Positions 28,346-36,826 of a stretch of 64,000 bases of DNA are shown one piece after another (position 1 is the first letter of the stretch; the number at the start of each line of letters is the position of its first letter). The stretch spans positions 8,136-72,135 of the forward strand of contig JAVYWK010000008.1 in the NCBI GenBank assembly GCA_038727095.1. The letters are read 5' to 3'. The position numbers were made by a program, and so were the translations under genes. The notes below the pieces were generated by a model. It ran no database searches. It saw nothing but the letters and a program-made list of their open reading frames with translations, and was not told the DNA's origin. This DNA comes from Thermofilaceae archaeon (GTDB lineage Archaea > Thermoproteota > Thermoprotei > Thermofilales > Thermofilaceae).

Positions 28346-29715
28346 TGACCTCCACCCCCCACGTACCTCTCGAAGTAGTTGAGCGGCGGGTAGTACCACT
28401 CCTCGCTCCTCTCGCCCATCTCGTAAGCTACATTCGTCAGGAACAGTGATGCGGCCTCCCTCGCATCGTTGGTGCGCGCGAGCACCCACGAGAGCTTCAC
28501 GAACGCTGTCTCTGGTAGCATGTCCTCAGCGGGCAGCGCGCCGGCCTTAAGCAGCTCCACCCCCCTCCTGTACACGTTCATGTTCACCCTACCCCACAGG
28601 CACTGCGACGCTACAACTACGACCACCCCCTCCTCCACAGCCCTCCTGACAGAGGGGAGCAAACGCTCGGAGACGTGGCCGAGACCAGTGCCCTCGATCA
28701 CGACCCCCCTGTACCCCTTGTCCACGAGGAAGTCGAGGAGCTCCCCGCTCATCCCCGGGTAGAACTTGACGAGAGCCACTTTTTCCTCGAAGCCGTTCTC
28801 CAGGAGTACACCCTCCCTCGAGCGCGGGAGGAACCTCCTGGCGAAGACCTTCAGCTCCCGTGAAGGTAGCTCCACTTTCGCGAGCGGTACCGCGTTCACG
28901 CTCCTAAAGGCATCCCTCCGGCTCGTGTGCATCTTCCTGACTCGCACACCCCGGTGCACGTAGAAAGCCGTGTCATCCAAGCCGGCGTGCATCACAACCA
29001 CGGACTCGGCGAAGGGCGCCTTCACTGCAGTAATGGCAGCCGCCAGCACGTTCGTGGCCGAGTCGCTCGAAGGCCTGTCCGAGGACCTCTGCGCCCCCAC
29101 CAGCACCACGGGCCCCGGCAGCCTGCGCAGCGCGAAGGCCAGCGCCGCGCCGGTGTAGCCCATCGTGTCGGTCCCGTGCGCGACGATGATTCCGGCCGGC
29201 TCCTCCCTCTCGAAGACCTGCGCCACGCGCTCGGCGATCATCGACCAGTGCCTCGGCGTTAGATCCTCGCTGAACACGCTGAACAGCGTCTCAGCCGACA
29301 CCAGCGCCACGCTCTCTAGCTCGGGAACCATCGAGTAGATCTCCTCCGCCGTGAAGTACGGGTAAACGGCTCCTGAGACGTAATCGATGCGCGACGCAAT
29401 CGTGCCACCCGTACCGATGAAGTGGACCCTCGGCAAACCCGGCTTCAAGCTGGGAGGCGGTGGTAAAGCGCCCCTCGAAGGTTCCGCTCTACCGACCCTT
29501 CTGATCGATTTGACCCTTCTTGCGTCAACCCCCACGTTGTAACCGTTGGGCAGCTTCAGAACCAGGATGTCGGGGTCTCCGTACTGGGGCCTCGGCAGAA
29601 CGATGCCGCGGACAACTACACCATCATCCCGCTCCAGCTCAACCTCGTCAAAGAGAGAGGCGCCAGCAGAGTCTAGCAGCTTTACAGCTTGATCCCCGTA
29701 GCCCTCCAGGCTCAT
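28342..29715 (-). CDS. gatD: Glu-tRNA(Gln) amidotransferase subunit D
   Basis: KLPNGYNVG, TGGTIASRIDY, HGTDTM, QRSSDRPSSD. Confidence 0.96.
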   Translation of the reverse strand: MSLEGYGDQAVKLLDSAGASLFDEVELERDDGVVVRGIVLPRPQYGDPDILVLKLPNGYNVGVDARRVKSIRRVGRAEPSRGALPPPPSLKPGLPRVHFIGTGGTIASRIDYVSGAVYPYFTAEEIYSMVPELESVALVSAETLFSVFSEDLTPRHWSMIAERVAQVFEREEPAGIIVAHGTDTMGYTGAALAFALRRLPGPVVLVGAQRSSDRPSSDSATNVLAAAITAVKAPFAESVVVMHAGLDDTAFYVHRGVRVRKMHTSRRDAFRSVNAVPLAKVELPSRELKVFARRFLPRSREGVLLENGFEEKVALVKFYPGMSGELLDFLVDKGYRGVVIEGTGLGHVSERLLPSVRRAVEEGVVVVVASQCLWGRVNMNVYRRGVELLKAGALPAEDMLPETAFVKLSWVLARTNDAREAASLFLTNVAYEMGERSEEWYYPPLNYFERYVGGGGQ

Positions 29716-29721
29716 CGCCCA

Positions 29722-29877
29722 CTACATGGCGGCGGTCTGCTGCGCGTAAACGAGGCGCCTCAAGTAGTTCCTCCTGTTCCTCCTCCTGGGCACCAGGTTC
29801 TTCTTCGGCTTTGGCGGAATCTTCGGAGTCGCGTTACGAACCTTACCCGCCTTCGTAAGCGAACCGTGACTCGGCAT
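29722..29877 (-). CDS. rps30e: 30S ribosomal protein S30e
   Basis: Manual translation [41 protein letters not shown] (51 aa, below the ORF-track cutoff). Confidence 0.95.
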   Translation of the reverse strand: MPSHGSLTKAGKVRNATPKIPPKPKKNLVPRRRNRRNYLRRLVYAQQTAAM

Positions 29878-29956
29878 ACAGTTCCCACCCTCAACGAATC
29901 GCTATAAGCCTTTCGCCCCTAGTAAACCAAATAAACCCTAACATGTCGAGCAGCCA

Positions 29957-30033
29957 GGGCCGGTAGCTCAGCACGGTAGAGCGACGGGCTCTTAACCCGT
30001 AGGCCCCGGGTTCGAATCCCGGCCGGCCCGCCA
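29957..30033 (+). tRNA. tRNA-Lys(CTT), intronless, CCA encoded
   Basis: GGGCCGG/CCGGCCC acceptor stem, D arm GCTC..GAGC, anticodon arm ACGGG-CTCTTAA-CCCGT, T arm CCGGG-TTCGAAT-CCCGG. Confidence 0.97.
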
Positions 30034-30134
30034 CGAACACAGGCGATTTTAACAACATATGGTTAACACAAATTAAAGGTAGGTTGATTGAGAAGAGTAC
30101 ATTATTTATTGAGGTAAAGGGGACCACAATTGCT

Positions 30135-31184
30135 ATGCCATCAGCAGCTCTCAAACGCTTTCTGAGCGGTCTTATAAGAGGTGAACTTACAACATTCGAT
30201 TTAACGCTCGCGTTGATCAGGCGTACTTGGATTGAGCTTCAGTCGCGTTACAACTTCTACGTTGGAAAGTTCAGGTTCATCGATCGATTGAAGGGGTACC
30301 ATTTAACAGTTATTGTGATATCGGGTAAGTACCCGAGCATCTGGAATGCAACGCTTGAGAGGCTTTACGCCTACTCCGGGAAAGCTGACGTCATTATCGT
30401 GAACCCGGACGGCCTTCACGGCAGAACCCTGGAGAAGCTCTGCGAAGCGTATAATTTCAGTTACTTCGAGGGGTCCACGAAGAATTTTGAGGCTGCTCAA
30501 AATTACGTTTGCACATTCATTATAGATTCCCCACTCGTACTAAAAATGGATGATGACGTCTTTTTAACCGAGAAAACCATCCCTTCTCTGCTTAGCGCGT
30601 ACATACGGTTGAAATCGGTAGGACATGACATCGGCTTCTTAGCCCCGATCCTCAACGTGAACAATGTTACATACTTCCACTTTCTGAAAACGTTAAATCT
30701 TGATGATGAATACGCTCAACGTTTTGAAAAGCCCATTTTTACTCGGCATTGGACGAGGCAGAGGATCTGGTGGGATCCCGCTGCAGCACAGTGGGTCTGG
30801 GAGCGATCCTTACCACTAAACACCGTTGCCGACGTTATTGAAGAGCGAAACAGAGGCAAACACGATCTAATCCCCGTGCGATTCTCGATCAGTTGCATTC
30901 TTTTCGAGAGGAGGATCATCGCATCTAGTAGGGGGCTATTAGCGTATAATCGGGCTACGGGAAGATACGAGGGGCGTGGGGATTCCATCGGAAGGATAGC
31001 ATCGCCTATGATCCCCACCGGGGACGAGGCTTTCATGAATTACTACACCAACGATAGGATGTGCGGTCGTTTCATTGCTCTCGACTCTTTTGCGGGTCAC
31101 CTTTGCTACGGGCCTCAAGCGACCACCATGCTAAGGTGGTTTGAAAACAATAAAGCACGGCTCCTAGAGGACGTGAGGCGGTGA
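30135..31184 (+). CDS. Putative GT-A fold glycosyltransferase
   Basis: VLKMDDDVF DxD motif, APILNVN; lower GC; start set at ATG 30135. Confidence 0.6.
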   Translation: MPSAALKRFLSGLIRGELTTFDLTLALIRRTWIELQSRYNFYVGKFRFIDRLKGYHLTVIVISGKYPSIWNATLERLYAYSGKADVIIVNPDGLHGRTLEKLCEAYNFSYFEGSTKNFEAAQNYVCTFIIDSPLVLKMDDDVFLTEKTIPSLLSAYIRLKSVGHDIGFLAPILNVNNVTYFHFLKTLNLDDEYAQRFEKPIFTRHWTRQRIWWDPAAAQWVWERSLPLNTVADVIEERNRGKHDLIPVRFSISCILFERRIIASSRGLLAYNRATGRYEGRGDSIGRIASPMIPTGDEAFMNYYTNDRMCGRFIALDSFAGHLCYGPQATTMLRWFENNKARLLEDVRR

Positions 31185-31187
31185 AAT

Positions 31188-32486
31188 GTGAGTAAAATTG
31201 CTGTGCTGGGTGGCGGCTGGGCCGGGATCACCCTGGCTCTTGAGCTGAAGCGTGCCCACCCTTTGGCGGACGTAATCGTACTAGAGCGAGAGCGGGAGCC
31301 GGGTGGGTTGCTGAGAAGCGTGACGCTCGAAGGGCACGTGGTGGACGCGGGTGGAAGCCACGTGATCTTCTCCCGAAACGAGGAGGTGCTTAAGCGGATG
31401 CTGGAGCTTCTCTCCAGCAACTATACTCCACACTCCAGGAAATCGTTCGTGCGAATGGGGCATCATTTCATCCCGTACCCCATTGAAAATGGGCTGTACG
31501 TTCTACCGCCCGAAGAGAGAGCTGAAGCGCTCGTATCCTTCCTCGAAGCCCTCCTCTCGCTCGAGGAAGGATGGAGGCCGGGGAACCTGAGGGAATGGAT
31601 ACGCGGCTTCTTCGGGAGATGGATCGCGGAGAGGTACCTGGAGCCCTACAACAGGAAGGTCTGGAAGAGGCCTCTCGAGGTCATCGACATCGACTGGGTT
31701 TACACGCCCGGCCGGCTCCCGATACCGGATTGGCGGGATGTTGTTCGCGCTGCGAGCGGCGTCCCCACGATCGGCTACAGGGAGCAGGCCATCTTCTACT
31801 ACCCGCTGAAAGGGGGGATAGAGGCTCTCTTCGAAGCTGCTTACCGGAGAGCGCTGGAGCTGGGCGTAAAGGTTGCCACCGGAACCCCCGTCAGGAGCCT
31901 GAGGAAGGAGGGTGACGGTTTCGTGGTGAACGAGAGGTTCAGGGTCGAAAAGGTGTACAGCACAATACCTCTCCGAGAGCTGGTGAGGGCAGCCGAAGCC
32001 CCGGAGAGCATCATCAAGGCCGCGGAGGATCTCGACTACAACCGAGTGCTAGTCGTGGGCGTGGCTTTGAAAGGTCTAGCGCCTAACCAGCACTGGGTCT
32101 ACGTGCCAGACGAGGACGTGCTGTTCCACAGGTACGCGTGGATCAGCAACTACAGCCCCTACAATGCGCCCCAAGGGGAGTCTACGCTTATCGCTGAAGT
32201 TACGCTACCTCCTCATGCCAGTACGAAAGGCGACATCGTAGAACGAGTTATCGAGCAGCTGGCCGACCTTGGGATAATTGATGAACCCCAGATTCTACGG
32301 GTTGACGCGTGGCTGCACGAGTACGGCTACCCTGTTCATACGCTCTCCCGCCAGAAAGCGTTACGAGAGATTCGAGAATGGCTTAATAACGCGGAGATAG
32401 AGTCCGTAGGGAGGTGGGGGAGCTGGGAGTACTGGAACATGGACAGGGTTTACGCAGAGGTACTGAAACTGGTGCAAGGATCCTGA
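31188..32486 (+). CDS. FAD-dependent oxidoreductase (protoporphyrinogen oxidase / UDP-galactopyranose mutase-like)
   Basis: GGGWAG, GGLLRS, DAGGSHV, PYNRKVWK, FYYP..GG, YGYP, GRWGSWEYWNMD. Confidence 0.8.
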   Translation: MSKIAVLGGGWAGITLALELKRAHPLADVIVLEREREPGGLLRSVTLEGHVVDAGGSHVIFSRNEEVLKRMLELLSSNYTPHSRKSFVRMGHHFIPYPIENGLYVLPPEERAEALVSFLEALLSLEEGWRPGNLREWIRGFFGRWIAERYLEPYNRKVWKRPLEVIDIDWVYTPGRLPIPDWRDVVRAASGVPTIGYREQAIFYYPLKGGIEALFEAAYRRALELGVKVATGTPVRSLRKEGDGFVVNERFRVEKVYSTIPLRELVRAAEAPESIIKAAEDLDYNRVLVVGVALKGLAPNQHWVYVPDEDVLFHRYAWISNYSPYNAPQGESTLIAEVTLPPHASTKGDIVERVIEQLADLGIIDEPQILRVDAWLHEYGYPVHTLSRQKALREIREWLNNAEIESVGRWGSWEYWNMDRVYAEVLKLVQGS

Positions 32487-33202
32487 CCTTGTTCCTGACG
32501 AGAGACACGAGCACCTTCGTGCGGGAGAACTACGAGCGGGTTCGGAAGCAGGTCGGAGTAGTGCAGGATGTCTACGTGGTGTCAGCATCCCCCGTCCCCG
32601 TGGAGAACAACATCGTCGTCCCCGTCCCGCAGAGTTTTCCGCTACCCGTTAGAGTCGGCGTGTCGATCAATAAGGCTTTGGAAAGAGTTGGCACGCAAGG
32701 GTATACGCATATCTTCAAGGTGGATAGCGATGCGAAATTGCCTCTAGACTATCTCGTCAACCTGCTCTCCAAGTGTAAACCAGTTGCAGGAAGAGGCGTA
32801 GCACTACTTATTTCAATCAAATTCTTCCACGAGTTCCTGAAAGGCAAGTATCCTGTCAATTACTGTGATGATGGTTACATCGCAGCAGTCAGCATAGCGC
32901 ACGGATGGTGGCCCCCCGAGTACGATGGCGGATCATTTCCGCTCTTTCCAGTAATCCACCAGCGCCAAAGGGAGTATGCGTACGGTTGCGAGTACTATAA
33001 ATGGGGCCTTCCTTTACCTCTTTTCATCTTTATGACTCCAGTTCTTCTCGTAACAAAGCAGCGGGATTTGAGAAGCGTAGTGTACAATCTAGCTGGCTAT
33101 CTCTCAGCCCTATTGAGGAGAGAAAAACGATATCCCTGGTGGAGGAGCTACTCATACCACCGAACAAAGCATATCGTATCGTCTATTGTTCAAATTCTTT
33201 AA
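32483..33202 (+). CDS. Putative glycosyltransferase-like protein
   Basis: SINKAL, FKVDSDA DxD motif, CDDG; start uncertain (CTG 32483, TTG 32489 or GTG 32414). Confidence 0.55.
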   Translation: MTLFLTRDTSTFVRENYERVRKQVGVVQDVYVVSASPVPVENNIVVPVPQSFPLPVRVGVSINKALERVGTQGYTHIFKVDSDAKLPLDYLVNLLSKCKPVAGRGVALLISIKFFHEFLKGKYPVNYCDDGYIAAVSIAHGWWPPEYDGGSFPLFPVIHQRQREYAYGCEYYKWGLPLPLFIFMTPVLLVTKQRDLRSVVYNLAGYLSALLRREKRYPWWRSYSYHRTKHIVSSIVQIL

Positions 33203-33228
33203 AAAAGCTTAAAAATAAAAAATAAAAA
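33201..33228 (-). terminator. T-rich terminator for the 34097-33288 gene
   Basis: AAAAAAGCTTAAAAATAAAAAATAAAA on + strand, i.e. T tracts on - strand. Confidence 0.45.
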
Positions 33229-33287
33229 GGATATTCAGTTGCACTACCCGGAAGGAGGAATCACAGGTGTACCTTTTCAGCTTAAAG

Positions 33288-34097
33288 CTATTTATCTTTG
33301 CGCACTTTATGGGGACTAGAAGCATGGATACTTAGGTAGGCTTCCCTAAGCTTTCTCTTTGGGGTGGATAAGGCTGCGTAAAGGTAGCCGACCGCGACTA
33401 ATGGTCTTAAACGTAAAGTAGAGTGTGCTAGCGTTCTTAAGAGGCTTTTCCCCATGATGTACCTGCCGATACCGGTGTTAAACTGAGTTCGGAGGGCTTT
33501 ATCCAAAGTCACATCGCGTATGTGGTAGGCTTTCACCTCCTCAACTATTTTCAGCTTATAGCCTAGTTTCAGCGCCATATCCTGTACGTACGTATCGGGT
33601 GCTGGGACGTCGGCGTACCCCCCTATTTCCTCCAAAACTTTTGATCTTATTAGAAGGGCACAGCCGCGGGGCCTCCTATCAGGCGAGAGCTTATAGGAGC
33701 GCTCCCAGAACCTAAGCAGCTTAGATAAGAGCGTTGCACCGGCCGTCTCTACAGCTCCACCCACGCACGCAATGCTGGGGTCTCGCTCGGCCTCAAAAAC
33801 CAATACTTCGAAGTAACGAGGTTCCAGCTCTACATCGGCGTCGACTATTGCGAAGTAAGGTGTATCCACAAACCTTCTTGCCAATTCCAGGTTCTCAGCA
33901 TAGGAAAATAACCACTTCTTCTCGCGCTTCTCAATGATCTCAACTGGGAAACCTTCGGCGATCTCCCTCGTCCTGTCTGTACACCGATCGAGGATAACTA
34001 CAATCTTGAGCGGCTTCAATGTCTGACCTAGTACGGACCTTAAAGCACGCCCGATGTACTTCTCCTCATTGTGGGCCGCCATCACAACCGTGTACAT
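33288..34097 (-). CDS. Glycosyltransferase family 2
   Basis: VVMAAHNEE, LDRCTDRT, IVDAD. Confidence 0.88.
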   Translation of the reverse strand: MYTVVMAAHNEEKYIGRALRSVLGQTLKPLKIVVILDRCTDRTREIAEGFPVEIIEKREKKWLFSYAENLELARRFVDTPYFAIVDADVELEPRYFEVLVFEAERDPSIACVGGAVETAGATLLSKLLRFWERSYKLSPDRRPRGCALLIRSKVLEEIGGYADVPAPDTYVQDMALKLGYKLKIVEEVKAYHIRDVTLDKALRTQFNTGIGRYIMGKSLLRTLAHSTLRLRPLVAVGYLYAALSTPKRKLREAYLSIHASSPHKVRKDK

Positions 34098-34176
34098 TGT
34101 CTTCCCCGAATTAGCACCGGTTACCTATCCATATATCTATTTAGGGCTTTGAGAAGAATACATGATTAGCCCAAGC

Positions 34177-34227
34177 GCTAAATATATAATTTAAATATTA
34201 TATAAAATGAAAAGTTTATATATTAGC
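34177..34227. promoter_or_regulatory. AT-rich nested inverted repeat, candidate ArsR operator overlapping the promoter
   Basis: TATATAAT-ttaaat-ATTATATA (34183-34204) and outer GCTAAATATATAA...TTATATATTAGC. Confidence 0.5.
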
Positions 34228-34249
34228 CTGATGCCAGGTTATCGATGGG

Positions 34250-34561
34250 ATGTGCAATGGAGGGGAGAAGGAGCTAGAGCAGCTAGTAAAAACACTGCGC
34301 GTAATGGCAAACCCAATAAGGCTGCGCATGCTAGCCTTGATCGCTGCGCGGCCGAGGCACGCGTACGAGCTTTCGAAGCTGCTGGGGCTCTCGTACCCGC
34401 TGGTGCACATGCACCTTCGAGCATTGGAGAAAGCGGGGTTCGTGGAAGGAGCGTACGTGGAGGAAGCCAGGGTGAAGCGAGTCTACCGGTTGAAGGACTT
34501 TCGGCTGGTGCTAGATGGGGAAACCCTCAGGAAGCTGGGTGAGAAGCTTGAGGATGGGTAG
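34250..34561 (+). CDS. ArsR-family transcriptional regulator
   Basis: MANPIRLRML, ELSKLLGLSYPLVHMHLRALEKAGFV. Confidence 0.88.
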   Translation: MCNGGEKELEQLVKTLRVMANPIRLRMLALIAARPRHAYELSKLLGLSYPLVHMHLRALEKAGFVEGAYVEEARVKRVYRLKDFRLVLDGETLRKLGEKLEDG

Positions 34562-34934
34562 CGTTGTGGCCTCCGTGGTCACGCTGGTGGCGGTTGTCGC
34601 TGCCGCTCTAATGGTCGTCTACGTGCCGATCCGGCTCTTTGAGCTATCCGGAACAGGTGGGCTAAACGTTATTGCGGCCGGCGTCTTCAGCGCCATAAGC
34701 ATGATCGCGGGGGCAGTAGTGGCTTTCTTCGCGGTGGTTATTGGCGTTCCACTTTTGACAGGTGTTACCCGTAGCCCTGAAGAGAAAGCCGAGCTCTCCC
34801 TAAAGCGGAAGGAGCTTGAGGAGAAGCTGACAATGTACAGAGCCAGGCAGAGGGCTATGCTCGAGGAGCTTGACGAGATTAAGAGGGTGCTTGAGGAGAT
34901 CCGCGACATACTCAAGGAGGGTGTTGAGGGGTGA
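34554..34934 (+). CDS. Two-TM membrane protein with C-terminal coiled coil
   Basis: Two hydrophobic helices then LEELDEIKRVLEEIRDILK; ATG 34554 overlaps arsR end. Confidence 0.7.
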   Translation: MGSVVASVVTLVAVVAAALMVVYVPIRLFELSGTGGLNVIAAGVFSAISMIAGAVVAFFAVVIGVPLLTGVTRSPEEKAELSLKRKELEEKLTMYRARQRAMLEELDEIKRVLEEIRDILKEGVEG

Positions 34935-35065
34935 GCGGCGAGCTCAGGTTCGTGGAGCTTTCAGACGAAGAGGTTGATCAACTGATCCTGCAGAGGCTGC
35001 GAGAGATCAAGGAGCTGCTCAAGGAATTGAGGGACGTGCTGAAGAAGGCGAGCGAGTATGGCTGA
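34931..35065 (+). CDS. Small coiled-coil protein (44 aa)
   Basis: MSGELRFVELSDEEVDQLILQRLREIKELLKELRDVLKKASEYG; GTGA overlap upstream and overlap with next ATG. Confidence 0.7.
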   Translation: MSGELRFVELSDEEVDQLILQRLREIKELLKELRDVLKKASEYG

Positions 35066-35732
35066 GCTCTTCGACCTGTACGAGAGAGCACTGAGGACTA
35101 GCAAGGTTAGAGGTGGATCAGTGAGGATCAGCGGTGCTGGCCGAGTCAGCGGCGGTACCTACGAGAGCGTGACCATCAGCGGCTCTGCGACCGTTGATGG
35201 AGATGTCGAAGCTGAAACCGTTAGGGTTGCCGGCTCAACCTCTTTCCGCGGCAGCGTAAGGGCAGGCGAGATCTCTATTTCCGGCTCCGCGAAGGTGGAA
35301 GGAAGCGTGAAAGGGGAGCTTCTAAAAGCGAGTGGCTCACTGTCCGTAAAGGATGTCATCGAGTGCGAGGAAGCTTGGGCTGCGGGATCGCTGAGGGCAC
35401 GATCCTTAAAGGGCAAGATCGTTCGGCTAGCGGGGGCTTTTAAAATCGAGGATGAGTTAGACGCTCAGCTCGTGGAGCTCAAGCTGTCAAACGACTCAAG
35501 CTGCCGCGCCCTCAGAGGGGAGGAGGTGAGCATCGAGCGCTCTGGGGGCACTTTCCGGATGTTCCTCAGGTTCACCCGCAGGCATCCCACCTTGAAGGTG
35601 GAGCTCCTCGAGTCGAAACTAGTTAGAGCCAGGGACGTTGTGATCGAGGGACGAATCAAGGCGGATAGAGTTGAACTATACGGTGAAGCTGCAGTAGTGG
35701 GAGTCGTCGAAGGAGAAGTCGTTAAGCTCTAG
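35058..35732 (+). CDS. Bactofilin-like (polymer-forming cytoskeletal, YhbE/F-like) beta-helix protein
   Basis: Repeating V.ISGS..V.G.V.A units (ISGAG, ISGSA, VAGST, ISGSA, ASGSL, AAGSL, LAGAF). Confidence 0.7.
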   Translation: MAELFDLYERALRTSKVRGGSVRISGAGRVSGGTYESVTISGSATVDGDVEAETVRVAGSTSFRGSVRAGEISISGSAKVEGSVKGELLKASGSLSVKDVIECEEAWAAGSLRARSLKGKIVRLAGAFKIEDELDAQLVELKLSNDSSCRALRGEEVSIERSGGTFRMFLRFTRRHPTLKVELLESKLVRARDVVIEGRIKADRVELYGEAAVVGVVEGEVVKL

Positions 35733-35773
35733 CGAGGGAGAACCAATTTTAACCATTTTCCCCTTTCTCCGGC

Positions 35774-36043
35774 ATGCGTACATACGTGTTCAGAATCGTA
35801 GTCCCCCGACGCGACTGGGGGCGGGTTGAATGGCTCACCGAATTTTTGAAAAAGGAGAATGTCGAGCTGCTATACACTCGGGTTGATCAACTGTTCAGCG
35901 AGAGGGCCGATCTGGATTCGATAGAAGTAGCCTTCCTGCTGCGGGGCGATACAAGAGCTAGGAGGGAGCTGGAGAGGAGGCTTGCTGAGAGCCTTAGGGG
36001 GAGCATAGGCTTCTTCGTATCGTACGTGAAGCTGGAGGATTAG
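35774..36043 (+). CDS. Hypothetical protein
   Basis: 89-aa ORF with upstream TTTTAA box. Confidence 0.6.
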   Translation: MRTYVFRIVVPRRDWGRVEWLTEFLKKENVELLYTRVDQLFSERADLDSIEVAFLLRGDTRARRELERRLAESLRGSIGFFVSYVKLED

Positions 36044-36312
36044 CCGAGGAGCTTGAGGAGGAGCTCTTTAGCATCCTCAAGGGTGCCGGAGTCCCTCAGC
36101 CTTATCAGGAGCCGGTCTGGCGCAACGTAGGTCAGCGAGTGGCCGCCGTAATCGAACTTCACGAGGGCTTCACCCAGCTTCAGGCTAACCTTGGCCTTCG
36201 ACGAGATCCTCCTCAAGATCTCCTCCTGCGCCCCCTCCCTGATGAAAGCGACGAATGTGGCTGCAGTCTGGCACACGACTTCGATCCTGGAGAACAGATC
36301 CTCGAGCTCCAT
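36040..36312 (-). CDS. Hypothetical protein
   Basis: ATG 36312 MELEDLFSRIEVVCQ..., stop overlaps the convergent gene. Confidence 0.55.
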   Translation of the reverse strand: MELEDLFSRIEVVCQTAATFVAFIREGAQEEILRRISSKAKVSLKLGEALVKFDYGGHSLTYVAPDRLLIRLRDSGTLEDAKELLLKLLG

Positions 36313-36384
36313 CGCGGCTAAAACCCTCAAAGCTTATTTTAGATTTTCTCGTACCGATAGAGATAAGAACGACACGCCGGGCTC

Positions 36385-36747
36385 GTGGGTGTGGCGAGTA
36401 GACAGGTGTTAATCTCAACTACACCGTCCATCCCCGGCTTCAGAATCGTCAAAGTTCTCGGTGTCGTGACGGGTATGAGTATACGGACCCGCGGGGCTCT
36501 GGGCCGCTTCGCAGCCTCGATTGAGGCTCTCGTCGGCGGCCGGGCGGAATCCTACATCTCAGAGCTGAAAAAGACTCGTGATGAAGCGGTACAGGATCTC
36601 GTGAACGAAGCTTGGAAGCTGGGTGCGAACGCAGTCGTAGGTGTGGACTTTGAAACCTCCGAAATCCTCGAAGGCTTCATAATCGTAACAGCAACAGGGA
36701 CGGCTGTTCTAGTCGAGCCCGAGCAGCAGGGGCCGCAAGGGAAATAA
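36385..36747 (+). CDS. YbjQ/UPF0145 family protein
   Basis: STTPSIPG, LGVVTG, LGANAVVGV, ATGTAV. Confidence 0.9.
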   Translation: MGVASRQVLISTTPSIPGFRIVKVLGVVTGMSIRTRGALGRFAASIEALVGGRAESYISELKKTRDEAVQDLVNEAWKLGANAVVGVDFETSEILEGFIIVTATGTAVLVEPEQQGPQGK

Positions 36748-36766
36748 GAGAGGAGTCACAGCGTTA

Positions 36767-36825
36767 GAGCAGTGATGAAGGGTACCAAATCGGATCAGTG
36801 AAGATTCAGAAAAAATCTGATCCTC
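36767..36825 (+). ncRNA. Box C/D guide sRNA
   Basis: C box GTGATGA (36772-78), 12-nt guide, D' CGGA (36791-94), C' GTGAAGA (36798-804), 12-nt guide, D box CTGA (36817-20); intergenic. Confidence 0.8.
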
Positions 36826-36826
36826 G

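Noticed and set aside
28346-28489. N-terminal extension of GatE (similar extensions for carB, GH127, bud32, kae1, DUF359, gar1)
   Set aside because: Artefacts of longest-ORF calling; downstream starts match family N-termini and operon overlaps
29891-30154. 87-aa ORF on the - strand
   Set aside because: Overlaps the tRNA-Lys gene antisense; spurious
29990-34250. attL/attR duplication of the tRNA-Lys 3' end
   Set aside because: No second copy of the tRNA 3' sequence found by eye; island status rests on composition only
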